64,000 bases of DNA. It comes from Chamaesiphon sp. (GTDB lineage: Bacteria > Cyanobacteriota > Cyanobacteriia > Cyanobacteriales > Chamaesiphonaceae). The notes under the pieces are model-generated. The model was given only the letters and a program-made list of their open reading frames with translations. It made no database searches and had not been told where the DNA came from. This document shows, piece by piece, positions 10,645 to 21,038 of the stretch. A program made the position numbers and the translations under genes. The stretch spans positions 64,001-128,000 of the forward strand of contig CBDFFH010000012.1 in NCBI GenBank assembly GCA_965246715.1, written 5' to 3'. The stretch's first letter is position 1, and each line of letters starts with the position of its first letter.

Positions 10645-13600
10645 ATGGCTACCAACAGAAACGTCATTATTTTCGTTGCGGATGGATTACGTGCGGGTTC
10701 TGTTACTGCGACAGATACACCAACTCTATACAGCGTTCAGAAAGATGGAGTTAACTTCGCAAATAGCCACTCATTATTTCCTACATTTACTACCCCAAAT
10801 GCTTCGGCGATCGCGACCGGACATTATCTTGGCGATACTGGCGACTTTAGTAATACAGTTTACACTGGCTATCCAGTGATTAATGCCAACGGCAGCGTTA
10901 CGCCATTCATCGAAAACGACCCGATCTTGGCAGATCTCAATGCCAATGCCAATCTGGCCGATCCCGATACTGGCTTCAACAAAAATAACTTCCTCACTGA
11001 AGAATCACTACTAGCTTACGCTAGGCTCAATGGCTACTCTACCGCCGCGATCGGTAAACTCGGCCCCGTAGCGATTTTTGATGTCACTCAGGATACGCGG
11101 ACTGGGAACTCAACCACCGCAAATATCATTCCCAAAACCGTCATTCTCGATGACAGTACTTATATCAACTCAGTTGCTAATGCGACGACTCCTCCAGTTA
11201 CCAATGCTAACTCTGGTTCGCAAAGTGCGATTCCGCTTCCCAAGACGATCGCCGATGCGCTAGATGCCGCTAAACTAATCGGCACCAGCGTTCCAGGAAC
11301 GGCAACAGTAGCAACAACGATCGGTAGTATCCGCAACAACCAGCCAGCAGGTAACTTAACCACGGCGGGAACGCTCAATGCCAACACTCAACAACAGCAA
11401 TATTTCGCGGATGCTACCACCAAGGCGATTTTGCCGCAGTTTGTGGCTGATATTAAAGCAGGTACTTCCAAAGCATTTGCGACAGTCTACTGGTCGCGCG
11501 ATCCAGATGGGACGCAGCACAACAACGGCGATGCCTTTAATGCTGCCGATCCTGGTAATAACTCGCTGACGATCGGGATTAATGGCCCGACTGCCAAGAA
11601 GGGCGTTCAAGATGCCGATGCGAACTTGAAGCAGCTCATCGACTACCTCAAAGCTACCGACGACCCCGCCAATCCTGGGAAAAAGCTCTATGACAATACC
11701 GATATCTTTGTCACTGCGGATCACGGCTTCTCCACGATTAGTCGCCAAGCGGTAGGGATTAAGAGTTTTGATGCTAATGGCGTTCCGACTTACATCAATA
11801 CCACCAGCTATGCAGCTTCGTTAGATTACTACACGACCGATGCGACTACTGGAGTCAAGACTCCCACCGTACATAAAGGATTTTTACCAACTGGTTTCGT
11901 CGCGATCGATCTTGCTAAAGACTTGGGTACAACATTATACGATCCGAATTCACCTTCAGCCCCAGTTACTACTGCCAATATCAACAACATTCAATACAAT
12001 GTCGTCGATCCCACCAAAGGTCAATCACCAGCGAGTGGTAATGGTGTAATTGGCGGTACTGGTAAAGTCACCAATGGGGTCATCGACAAAGACACTAAAG
12101 TGGTAGTTGCGGCTAATGGTGGTTCCGATCTCCTCTACGTTCCGAGCAACGACCCCGCTCTAGTCAAGCAGATCGTGGCATTGTTGGCACAGAAAGATTA
12201 TATCAGCGGCATCTTTACCGATGATAAATTTGGCGATGTCCCTGGCGCGCTGAAGATGAGTACGATCGGGCTAATCGGTACAGCCGAATTGCCAACTCCA
12301 TCGATCGCGATTAACTTCAAAACCTTTAGCACCAATCCGAAAGACCCCAACGATCCGCAAGCCACAGTAGAAGTCGCCGATACTCCGCTCCAACAAGGAC
12401 AAGGGATGCACGGTAGTTTCGGTCGTGGCGATACCTTCAATAATATGGCCGCGATCGGCCCAGACTTCAAAACTGCCTATGTCGATACTGCACCTGTCAG
12501 CAATGCTGATGTCGTCCCCACCTTAGCCAGTATCCTCGGTTGGAAATTGCCAGATACTAGTGGTGGTGCTAATTTAGTCGGACGTGCTGCGACTGAAGCA
12601 TTAGTCGGTGGCCCAGCTACCACCCCTTCGACTACTGGAGTCATCCAATCGGCGAAGACCGCGAATGGCTCGGCAACCACGCTAGACTATCAAACCGTCG
12701 GTGGTACTAAATACTTCGATGCCGCCGGAGTCGTTGGCGGCACGGTCGGTCTGACCGCTTCCGTCCCCGCCGGACAAGGTGCGACTGGCCCCTTCAAACA
12801 TGTTCTGGTCATCTCGGTTGACGGTCTGCACAACTCCGACCTCAATGCGGCCAGCCTGCAATCTTCCTTGACTAATATCAAACGATTGCAGAAACAGGGG
12901 ATTACTTATACCAATTCCTTCTCCGCTGCACCTTCCGACTCGTTCCCTGGCGAACTGAACTATATCACTGGTGCCGACCCTGGCACCACTGGCGTATTCT
13001 ACGATAAATCCTACAGTCGTGCGCTCTACGCTCCTGGTACTACTCTGGCACAAATCAAAGCCGGAACTGTTAAACCAGGTACCGACGTAGAATTTGCGGA
13101 AAACGTGGATGCAACTTGGGCTGGTGGTGGTACCTTAACTGGTTTAGACGCTAGCGGTAAAGCCTTCGATCTGAGCCAATTACCCGTCGATAGCAATGGA
13201 AACCCCGTCTACCCCAACCAGTACATCAAACCTGGCGTTAACACCATTTTCGATGTTGCGAGTCAAGCTGGGTTGGCGACTGCCTGGTCGGACAAACACC
13301 CCGCCGCTTACACGATCCTGGCTGGCCCCAACTCTGACCCCACCAAGTTCGATCTCAAATCGGGCAAAGTCGGCAGTATTAACGATTACTACTCGTTAGA
13401 AATCAACGCACCAGTCGCGATCGACACCACCAAGAAAAATCCGCTCGCTGACAAGAGCGATTACTTCAAAAATCTACCTGGTTTGGTTGATAAATCGACT
13501 GGAACTTCCTTCTCCAACACCAATCCCGCGATCGCTACAAACTTCTTTAACGACGCGACCAAGGGTAATGCTACGCTGTTCAAAGCTCCACCTGCGGGAA

Positions 13601-15096
13601 CTACGGCTCAACAATTCAGCAGTTATGCGACCACTTCGACCTATGATGACTACAAAGTCAAGGCGATCCTCAACGAGATCGATGGTTTCGACCATTCCGG
13701 TACCGTCAATAATGGTGATGCTCCGGCATTATTCGGCCTAAACCTCCAAGCTGTCAGCGTCGCTGAAAAAGAACCCGGCACATTATTTAACGGTGGTGGT
13801 TTTGATGCCAATGGTAACGCGCGTCCCGACCTCATTGCCGCAGTCAATCACGTAGACCAAAGTGTCGGCCTCATCCTCGACGAACTCAAAGCCAAAGGCT
13901 TAGACAGTTCGACCCTGGTAGTTTTAACCGCCAAACACGGTCAAAACCCCACTCAAGACCCCACAGTCGGCTTGAGTAGCGTCTTCAATGAAGCGGATGG
14001 GGCAGTGGGTGGTGATGGTAACTTAACCGCGATCGGTGCCCTTCTAGCCCGCAACGGCATCAAGATCGCTTCCGAGCGCGGTGGCGATACTTCTTCGCTG
14101 ATTTACTTGCAAAATCCAGCCGATACTGCCAAAGCAGTCGCACTGCTCAACAGTACCGACCCCAATAAGTATTCCTTTGACTCGGCGATCGATTCGATTA
14201 CCAATAAATCCTTCGGATCTGAAGACTTTTTGGCTCAAGGTACGGTCATCTCCGGTCAAGGCTTGATAAATGCCGGATTGGGCGACCCGACTAAAAACGA
14301 GCGTTCCCCCGACATCGCCGTCGCCCTCAACACTGGGTACTTCTTCGGTAACGCAGCCAAGAAACGCTCCGAGCATGGTGGTTTCACCGACCAGGATACG
14401 CATGTTGCCACGATCGTCGGAAGTGCGGGTTTACCCGACTATGCTAAGGGTACGGTCAACGATACCACCGTTTCCACTCAGCAAATCGCCGTCACCGCGC
14501 TCAAGGCACTCGGACTCGATGCTAACAAACTCACGGGTGCGGTAGCAGACGGTACGCAAGCTTTACCTGGTGTGCCCAACGTCGCACCAGACAAATTGGT
14601 TTTTGCTGGCAAGAGCTTACTCGATTTACGCGATAAAACTGGTGCTTCGAGCATCCAGTTTACAGCGACTCAAGATGCTGCTTACAAAAACTACATCGGG
14701 ATCTACCGCGTCGATAACGCCGTTGGTGACATCGACGGTATTAAAGTCGGCGATGCTAAGTACATTAAAGCTGCACTCGATCGCAGCGTAGCAAATCTGT
14801 ACAAAACCGACGACAAAACTATCACTGTTACTGGTAACGCGCTATATGCGTCCTACCTCATCTCCAATGGCACGATCGAAGAATTCAATGCCAAAAACCC
14901 CACCAACCTGGAGAAAGCGGCTGGTAGTGATGTCACCACGACACCGCATGTGTTCTTCAGCTTTGCCGGAGCTAATGCTGACGGTTTCGACCATGTGAAA
15001 TCGCTCGGTAACAATATGTTCGGCTTTGAAGACCAATGGGGCGGCGGCGATAAGGACTTCAACGATGCCATGTTGAAGGTATCTTACAAAGCTTAA
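10645..15096 (+). CDS. Tandem alkaline phosphatase-superfamily (NPP/phosphodiesterase-type) domains + DUF4114-like tail
   Basis: Domain 1 VADGLR, FPTFTTPN, DPDGTQH, TADHG; domain 2 SVDGLH, PSDSFPG, TAKHGQ, EHGG; same C-terminal FGFED..GGGDKDFND. Confidence 0.85.
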   Translation: MATNRNVIIFVADGLRAGSVTATDTPTLYSVQKDGVNFANSHSLFPTFTTPNASAIATGHYLGDTGDFSNTVYTGYPVINANGSVTPFIENDPILADLNANANLADPDTGFNKNNFLTEESLLAYARLNGYSTAAIGKLGPVAIFDVTQDTRTGNSTTANIIPKTVILDDSTYINSVANATTPPVTNANSGSQSAIPLPKTIADALDAAKLIGTSVPGTATVATTIGSIRNNQPAGNLTTAGTLNANTQQQQYFADATTKAILPQFVADIKAGTSKAFATVYWSRDPDGTQHNNGDAFNAADPGNNSLTIGINGPTAKKGVQDADANLKQLIDYLKATDDPANPGKKLYDNTDIFVTADHGFSTISRQAVGIKSFDANGVPTYINTTSYAASLDYYTTDATTGVKTPTVHKGFLPTGFVAIDLAKDLGTTLYDPNSPSAPVTTANINNIQYNVVDPTKGQSPASGNGVIGGTGKVTNGVIDKDTKVVVAANGGSDLLYVPSNDPALVKQIVALLAQKDYISGIFTDDKFGDVPGALKMSTIGLIGTAELPTPSIAINFKTFSTNPKDPNDPQATVEVADTPLQQGQGMHGSFGRGDTFNNMAAIGPDFKTAYVDTAPVSNADVVPTLASILGWKLPDTSGGANLVGRAATEALVGGPATTPSTTGVIQSAKTANGSATTLDYQTVGGTKYFDAAGVVGGTVGLTASVPAGQGATGPFKHVLVISVDGLHNSDLNAASLQSSLTNIKRLQKQGITYTNSFSAAPSDSFPGELNYITGADPGTTGVFYDKSYSRALYAPGTTLAQIKAGTVKPGTDVEFAENVDATWAGGGTLTGLDASGKAFDLSQLPVDSNGNPVYPNQYIKPGVNTIFDVASQAGLATAWSDKHPAAYTILAGPNSDPTKFDLKSGKVGSINDYYSLEINAPVAIDTTKKNPLADKSDYFKNLPGLVDKSTGTSFSNTNPAIATNFFNDATKGNATLFKAPPAGTTAQQFSSYATTSTYDDYKVKAILNEIDGFDHSGTVNNGDAPALFGLNLQAVSVAEKEPGTLFNGGGFDANGNARPDLIAAVNHVDQSVGLILDELKAKGLDSSTLVVLTAKHGQNPTQDPTVGLSSVFNEADGAVGGDGNLTAIGALLARNGIKIASERGGDTSSLIYLQNPADTAKAVALLNSTDPNKYSFDSAIDSITNKSFGSEDFLAQGTVISGQGLINAGLGDPTKNERSPDIAVALNTGYFFGNAAKKRSEHGGFTDQDTHVATIVGSAGLPDYAKGTVNDTTVSTQQIAVTALKALGLDANKLTGAVADGTQALPGVPNVAPDKLVFAGKSLLDLRDKTGASSIQFTATQDAAYKNYIGIYRVDNAVGDIDGIKVGDAKYIKAALDRSVANLYKTDDKTITVTGNALYASYLISNGTIEEFNAKNPTNLEKAAGSDVTTTPHVFFSFAGANADGFDHVKSLGNNMFGFEDQWGGGDKDFNDAMLKVSYKA

Positions 15097-15117
15097 TTAG
15101 CTTAATTTATTAATGGT

Positions 15118-15158
15118 AAAAGGGGAGGGATCGAAATATTTCGATCGCTCCCTTTTTT
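15118..15158 (+). terminator. Intrinsic terminator
   Basis: gggag..gatcgaaa / tttcgatc..ctccc stem followed by T6. Confidence 0.7.
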
Positions 15159-15255
15159 ATCTCGATTCTGATTGACTAGGTCGCAGCTACTATCTATGGT
15201 TGAAACTTACCAATATGCAACAAGAAAACTCAGGCACCTTGAACATAATGCTAAA

Positions 15256-15434
15256 TTAACGTCAGTTCGGGATAAGAATAGCCTAGAGACTGGAAGTCTC
15301 CGCTTGTGATATAAAGTCCGCGCAGGCGGACTGATTAACTAGTCCGCGCAGGCGGACTTCGTATCGTTAGCCCCGATTTCAATCGGCGGCGTTACTAGAA
15401 CGAAGCTAATATCCTTAACCCGAACTGACGTTAA
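15256..15434. mobile_element. MITE-like element with 21-bp terminal inverted repeats and internal REP-like hairpins
   Basis: ttaacgtcagttcgggataag / cttaacccgaactgacgttaa (1 mismatch); TAAATTA direct repeat at 15252 and 15432; two internal agtccgcgcaggcggact palindromes. Confidence 0.75.
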
Positions 15435-15460
15435 ATTAAGTTGTTTCTCCAGGGAAATAG

Positions 15461-16567
15461 CTAGATATTTGCCAATGGCAGTAAGATACTAATCCCCATA
15501 ATACTCATATAGACAACTAACACTAACCATTGTAGCGGTATACCTCTCCAAGATTTAATCTCAACCGTGCCAGGAGGAGCGAACACAACTTGAAACTTGG
15601 CAAGTGCTGTCAAACCATCGACCGATCCAGCTACATAATTAGAACTTTCAACTAGTTCGGGTAATGGGGTAAGAGCAACATTATCTAATGAATTTCGATC
15701 CATTGGTTCGTAAGCTGTCTGCGTACAATTGCGATCGACTCCAACTAAATATGTCAGTTTTCCATCGGCTGGCTCTAAATCTGTTTTCCAGATCCGCGAA
15801 ATCCTGATGTCTAGAGTTTTCTTTATCCGTTCGATCTCCCAATAACTAGTAATGTCAGTAGCAATAGCTAGCGGAGTTTGTAAAATCGGTCGTTCGTCTG
15901 ACGATTTTTTCTTCAGCGCACAGAACCCAATTGCTTGAATTGCTGGTAGCATTGTTAAGATAATAAAAGCTGAATTAAAGGGTGTCAGCAGCAGCGATAA
16001 ATTTGGAGATAATAGTGGTATCAAAGATCTCAGTGCGATCGGAACTCCGCCCACGACCGTAGCAATAAACGGCACTAAAATCCACCACCGCGCCTGCATA
16101 ACAGATGGACGCAACACATACCACTGTAGGTACCCACCAATAAAAATTGCAATAATTAAGACTACAATAGAAATAATTGATGGTAACACGATCGCATTCA
16201 TGCCTTCAGGTCTGGATAAATTAGCAGCGAACGACGAACTCATCCACATAGTTGAAGCGGCTCGATATATCGACAAGATCGCGAAACCCATACTTAAAGC
16301 CAAGATCCATTTCCAACTCACTAGATACCTCCGTAAAACTAGCCATTGAATGAATCCAACCACCGTGCCGGTAATTATTTCCGAGCCGATCGAAAATCCG
16401 ATTTTATTCTGCTCCCAAACTAGATCGAAGATTGGCTGAGACCAACATAGATCGGCAATCACTCGACATATAGCTGTCATTGAAACAAAAATAACGATAA
16501 ACCAAATGCGATCGAATGGTTTAATTAGCAACCTTTGAGCATCGACAAAATTATATAAAGTAGACAT
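15461..16567 (-). CDS. Hypothetical multi-pass membrane protein
   Basis: 368-aa ORF with repeated QWLVLR/QWYVLR-type TM hairpins and a soluble C-terminal domain. Confidence 0.75.
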   Translation of the reverse strand: MSTLYNFVDAQRLLIKPFDRIWFIVIFVSMTAICRVIADLCWSQPIFDLVWEQNKIGFSIGSEIITGTVVGFIQWLVLRRYLVSWKWILALSMGFAILSIYRAASTMWMSSSFAANLSRPEGMNAIVLPSIISIVVLIIAIFIGGYLQWYVLRPSVMQARWWILVPFIATVVGGVPIALRSLIPLLSPNLSLLLTPFNSAFIILTMLPAIQAIGFCALKKKSSDERPILQTPLAIATDITSYWEIERIKKTLDIRISRIWKTDLEPADGKLTYLVGVDRNCTQTAYEPMDRNSLDNVALTPLPELVESSNYVAGSVDGLTALAKFQVVFAPPGTVEIKSWRGIPLQWLVLVVYMSIMGISILLPLANI

Positions 16568-16759
16568 ATTAATTTAGGAGAGCTGAATAAGATAGTATGA
16601 TTTTAGTCAGCAAGTTACCAAAAAAATTGCAGCGTCGATATGCTCGTTAGATCGACACTGAATGCTCAACCGCTTACACGCGGCTAGACGCAAAAAGTCA
16701 CTAGCCGAATTAGTGGATACACCTTAATTGGGCTGGATTTCGACAAATTATGCTGGAAT

Positions 16760-17821
16760 CTATAATAATCGATCGAATTCAGGATTTTTCTTGATTTCGC
16801 CCAATACTTGCTTGATTTCTTGAGTGCGATTTTTTGCCACGATTAACGTCACATTCCCATCGCGGACGACGACGACATCTTCTAGTCCGATGGTGACCAC
16901 CACTTCTTCAGGATTGCTCGCATAGACGATTGCCCCCTGAGTATCCAGGCAGACATGTTTGGCTAAATCTACATTGATGCTATCGCCTTTTAATAACCGT
17001 TCGATCGCATTCCAATCCCCCAAGTCATCCCAACCAAACTCTGCTGGAATTACATGAGTTAATTTCGTTTTCTCCATCAATGCATAATCGACACTCAGTT
17101 TCGGCAATGTTGGATAACAACTTACGCCTTGCTCGCACAGTAATGTCATGATTTCTGGAGCGTGCAAATGTAGCTCTTGAATCACTGTTTTTGCGGTGAA
17201 AATAAACATTCCGCTATTCCAGGTATAATCGCCACTAGCGATAAAGCTCTCAGCTTTGGCAGTATCCGGTTTCTCAGCAAATCGATCGACTCGATAAGTC
17301 TGTAACTGCTGATACTCGCCACTAGGTTTGCCTTGCTGAATGTAACCGTAACCAGTCGAGGGAAAAGTTGGCGTAATCCCTAAAGTGACGATCGCCTGTT
17401 GCGTTTGCGCCAATTCTACCGCCGAAGCAAGCGTTTGGGCAAACGCCTTCACATCCCCGATCCAATGATCCGCTGGAAAAAAGCCAATCGTCACATCTTC
17501 CCCATACCTTTTGGCGACTTCCAAACTCGCCCAAGCAACCGCCGCCGCCGTATCTCTACCCTCTGGTTCGACTAAGAGATTGTCTGCTGGGAGGTCTGGT
17601 AATTGCTCCTCTACCCCTGCTGCCAACATTCCCGACGTTATCACCCAAATGTCCTCCCAGCCGCCGACAATCGGTAATAATCTGGTAGCTGTGGCTTGCA
17701 TCAGACTTTCCCCACTACCGTCGAGACAGAGAAACTGTTTGGGACGATGTTTGCGGCTGAGCGGCCAAAACCGTTCGCCTTTACCACCAGCAAGAATTAC
17801 AGGAACAAATTTTGGTTGCAT
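16760..17821 (-). CDS. manC: Mannose-1-phosphate guanylyltransferase
   Basis: VILAGGKGERFWPLSR..PKQF, EPEGRDTA, FAEKP, WNSGMF, GWDDLG. Confidence 0.93.
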   Translation of the reverse strand: MQPKFVPVILAGGKGERFWPLSRKHRPKQFLCLDGSGESLMQATATRLLPIVGGWEDIWVITSGMLAAGVEEQLPDLPADNLLVEPEGRDTAAAVAWASLEVAKRYGEDVTIGFFPADHWIGDVKAFAQTLASAVELAQTQQAIVTLGITPTFPSTGYGYIQQGKPSGEYQQLQTYRVDRFAEKPDTAKAESFIASGDYTWNSGMFIFTAKTVIQELHLHAPEIMTLLCEQGVSCYPTLPKLSVDYALMEKTKLTHVIPAEFGWDDLGDWNAIERLLKGDSINVDLAKHVCLDTQGAIVYASNPEEVVVTIGLEDVVVVRDGNVTLIVAKNRTQEIKQVLGEIKKNPEFDRLL

Positions 17822-18321
17822 GGGATTGATGTGGAGTAACTAAATATTTGTGAGCGATCGTTAACTTGGTTTATATAATACCGATTAACTTACCCCAAAT
17901 TGCCCGATCGTAAAATTTATCCGCTATTTGGGATGGTTGCTGTCTTCGCGCTAACATCGGCTGAAGATCCGCTCAGGTGAAAGATCGGCGATCTACTGAA
18001 AATTAGCGATTAACTCGATCGATATTAGCATTCGCCCTGCAAATCGGTAGTAACGAATTGACACTTTATTGACTATTTTCGATCGTCATCCAGCCGTAAA
18101 ATTTACACAAAATCGGGGCATAGTTATTATGCCCCAGCATTTATGGAATTCGATCGGTCACAGCAGATCTTGGCTAACTGGTAATTTTTATCCGCTGTCT
18201 GCAAGTTAGACACCTATCCGATTAGCTACACTTCATTCAACCCTAATCCGCTTATCTAAATATTGACCGATCGTTATAGGTATCGATCGTAACCCGATCG
18301 AATCTAGCCGGATGCCTGCGA

Positions 18322-19137
18322 TTGGGTGGACATTTGACTGTGATGGCGGTTAGTGGCTATTTATGGGCAATGAATCCATTGGCGATTCCGTGCCTAATCA
18401 TTTATGGATTTAGCTTGGCGGCAATGTTTGCCACTATGCATGAGTGCTGTCACCGAACAGCATTTGCGAATAATCAAGTTAACGATCTCGTGGCTTGGTG
18501 GGCGGGGGTACTATCTTTTTACAACGGTACCTTCTATCGTCGCTATCACAAATGGCATCATCGCTACACCCGCATTCCTGGTAAAGATCCAGAATTGACC
18601 GATCGCACCCCAGATAGTCTATTGAGCTATGGATTGGATTTGAGTGGTGTGTATTGGTGGTGGTGCAAATTGCGGGGGCATAGTCGAATTGCTTTGGGTA
18701 TTATCGATGAATGCGAATATATTCCCGAAACGGCGCGGGTGGAAACAATTCGATCGATTAGGTTACAGTTGTTGGTGTACGCCATCGCGATCGGGGTTTC
18801 TGTAGGATTTGCTCAACCTTGGTTCATTACCTATTGGCTCCTACCACCGATCGTCGGTCAACCAATCCTGCGCTTTATCCTCTTGGCAGAACATACTGGC
18901 TGTAGCCTGGATGATAATTCTTTGACCAATACGCGGACAACTCTCACCTTTGCACCGCTGCGCTTTTTGATGTGGAATATGCCATTCCATGCCGAGCATC
19001 ACTTGTATGCCTCGATTCCGTTCCATGCTTTGCCTGCGGCACACGAACGATTAAACAGTCATTTTACTAACGTCGATCCTGGCTATGTATCGGTCAATCT
19101 GGGTATTATTAGCCAATTGGAATCATTGTGGTATTGA
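18322..19137 (+). CDS. Fatty acid desaturase-family membrane diiron enzyme (probably 5'-truncated)
   Basis: His boxes HECCH, HKWHH, HAEHH; only a TTG start, with protein-like RSNLAGCLR continuing upstream to an in-frame stop at 18277. Confidence 0.8.
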   Translation: MGGHLTVMAVSGYLWAMNPLAIPCLIIYGFSLAAMFATMHECCHRTAFANNQVNDLVAWWAGVLSFYNGTFYRRYHKWHHRYTRIPGKDPELTDRTPDSLLSYGLDLSGVYWWWCKLRGHSRIALGIIDECEYIPETARVETIRSIRLQLLVYAIAIGVSVGFAQPWFITYWLLPPIVGQPILRFILLAEHTGCSLDDNSLTNTRTTLTFAPLRFLMWNMPFHAEHHLYASIPFHALPAAHERLNSHFTNVDPGYVSVNLGIISQLESLWY

Positions 19138-20171
19138 GTAATGCAAAATGTTTGACATTGCCAAACTTTGAGTTGCAATGTGGCGTAACCTTGCCCCAGG
19201 CTGAATTAGTCTATCAAACCTATGGCGAGCTGAATGTCGATCGATCGAATGTCATTATCTACCCGACTTCCTATGGTGCCCAACACACGGATATTGATTG
19301 GCTGATTCGACCCGACGGCATTCTCGATCCGACGAAATGGTTTATTATCATCCCCAATATGTTTGGCAATGGTCTCTCGACCTCACCCAGTAATAATCCG
19401 GCTTGTAGATTGGCCGAGCAGGGTTTTTGGTTTACACATGTAGATAATGTTCGCGCTCAGGCGCAGTTATTAACTCAGGTTTTTGGGATCGATCGATTGG
19501 CAGCGATCTATGGTTGGTCGATGGGAGCGCAGCAAGCATATCATTGGGGAGCGATGTTCCCCGTTGGCGGAGCCGCTGAGAATGAGATTCGAGTGGAACG
19601 GATTGTGGCATTGTGTGGCACGGCGAGAACTACCGACCACAATCGAATTTTTCTCGAAAGCCTACGTTGTGCCCTTACTGCCGATCGAACCTGGACGGGT
19701 CATGGGTTTGACGGGATACCAGAACAGGGCTTTCGGACATTTGCGAGGATCTACGCGAGTTGGGCGGCTTCTCAGGCATTTTATCGAGTAAAAATCTATC
19801 TCCAACTGGGCTATGCATCGCTGGATGATTATCTGTGGCGGGGTTGGGAAGTGGGCTACCGCAAGCGCGATCCGCATAATCTGGTAGCAATGCTGGATAC
19901 CTGGTTGCGCTGCGACATCAGCAATAATTCTATTTATCAAAGCGATATCGATCGAGCATTAGCCTCGATTACAGCCAAAACTCTGGTCATGCCCTCTGCA
20001 ACGGATCTATATTTCACGCCAGCAGACTGCGCTGCTGAAGCTGCGAAGATTCCCGCTGCTCGATATCTGCCCATCCCCTCGATCTGGGGACATCGGGCGG
20101 GCAATCCTTATCAAAATCCTGAAGATGCGGCTTTTATTCGCACTGCGGTGCAAGAGTTGCTAAGCGAATAA
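19128..20171 (+). CDS. Alpha/beta hydrolase, homoserine acetyltransferase (MetX)-like family
   Basis: YQTYGELN, NMFGNGLSTSP, GWSMGA nucleophile elbow, DLYF, WGH; GTG start overlaps the desaturase stop. Confidence 0.87.
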   Translation: MVLSNAKCLTLPNFELQCGVTLPQAELVYQTYGELNVDRSNVIIYPTSYGAQHTDIDWLIRPDGILDPTKWFIIIPNMFGNGLSTSPSNNPACRLAEQGFWFTHVDNVRAQAQLLTQVFGIDRLAAIYGWSMGAQQAYHWGAMFPVGGAAENEIRVERIVALCGTARTTDHNRIFLESLRCALTADRTWTGHGFDGIPEQGFRTFARIYASWAASQAFYRVKIYLQLGYASLDDYLWRGWEVGYRKRDPHNLVAMLDTWLRCDISNNSIYQSDIDRALASITAKTLVMPSATDLYFTPADCAAEAAKIPAARYLPIPSIWGHRAGNPYQNPEDAAFIRTAVQELLSE

Positions 20172-20186
20172 CTCGATCGACTGACT

Positions 20187-21038
20187 TTACTTGTTGGACG
20201 ATGGAGAAAGGGTTACACCTGTCGCGTAGGGACTAATTCCTTTTTCAGCAAGAGTTGCTTCGATCTCTAAGCGTTTGACTTTGAGCTGGTAATCCCGAAC
20301 TAGAGGATCGATTGCTTTGATGTTGATTGCTTCTGCTTCAAGTGTGGCTTTTTTTGCTTGGATTAGTTTGAGCTTAGATGCTTCGTTTGCGGTTGCTGCT
20401 TTAAGGGCAGATTGTTGTGCTAATTGGTCATTAAAGGATTTGCCGAAGTCTGCAATGCCAGTAATTCTCACCTCTTGAATACGAACCATTTTGCCATATT
20501 CTTTTTGGAGAGCTGCCTTTACTTTTTCCGCAACATCAGGGAGGTTAGAGTTGAAAGTTGCAGGATCTAAACCTGCACCAACTTGGATAATTGCATTTTG
20601 AGTCGAAGCATATAAGTTTTGAGATTTAAAATGCTCTTCATCAACTCTCAAGACTTTAGCAACTGTACCAATAGATTCTTGAGTTGGTTCAAATGTAATA
20701 ATCACCTGAATATTAATTGCACCTTTGATATTTTGGGCTGCGAAGTGAATTGATTGATCGATTTCTTTGCCCTGATCTGTTCTTGAAGAATAGTCTACTA
20801 ATTGTTGACCAGTTGAATAAATCAAAACTTTATCAAATGGGCCATAGTTAAATTTACCAGAATAAATATCTACTTTGTCTTTTTCCCCGCCCGAAGCATG
20901 ATAAACTGCTGCAACCTGTCCCGCACTAAGTGTTTCCCAGCTTGTAACTCCGAAAATCGCACCAGAGGAACAAGATGTTGAACTTGTCGCAACTGCTACA
21001 ACTAAAGTTAAAAAACCAATTTTTTTGAAATCAAACAT
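20187..21038 (-). CDS. SPFH/band-7-like putative lipoprotein with C-terminal coiled coil
   Basis: ATG at 21038, signal peptide ending in Cys, VRIQEVRITG strand then Ala/Lys-rich coiled coil. Confidence 0.6.
   Translation of the reverse strand: MFDFKKIGFLTLVVAVATSSTSCSSGAIFGVTSWETLSAGQVAAVYHASGGEKDKVDIYSGKFNYGPFDKVLIYSTGQQLVDYSSRTDQGKEIDQSIHFAAQNIKGAINIQVIITFEPTQESIGTVAKVLRVDEEHFKSQNLYASTQNAIIQVGAGLDPATFNSNLPDVAEKVKAALQKEYGKMVRIQEVRITGIADFGKSFNDQLAQQSALKAATANEASKLKLIQAKKATLEAEAINIKAIDPLVRDYQLKVKRLEIEATLAEKGISPYATGVTLSPSSNK

Noticed and set aside
15315..15360. Two direct copies of agtccgcgcaggcggact as a mini CRISPR
   Set aside because: Only two 18-bp units with a ~9-bp gap, inside a TIR-bounded element, and no cas genes
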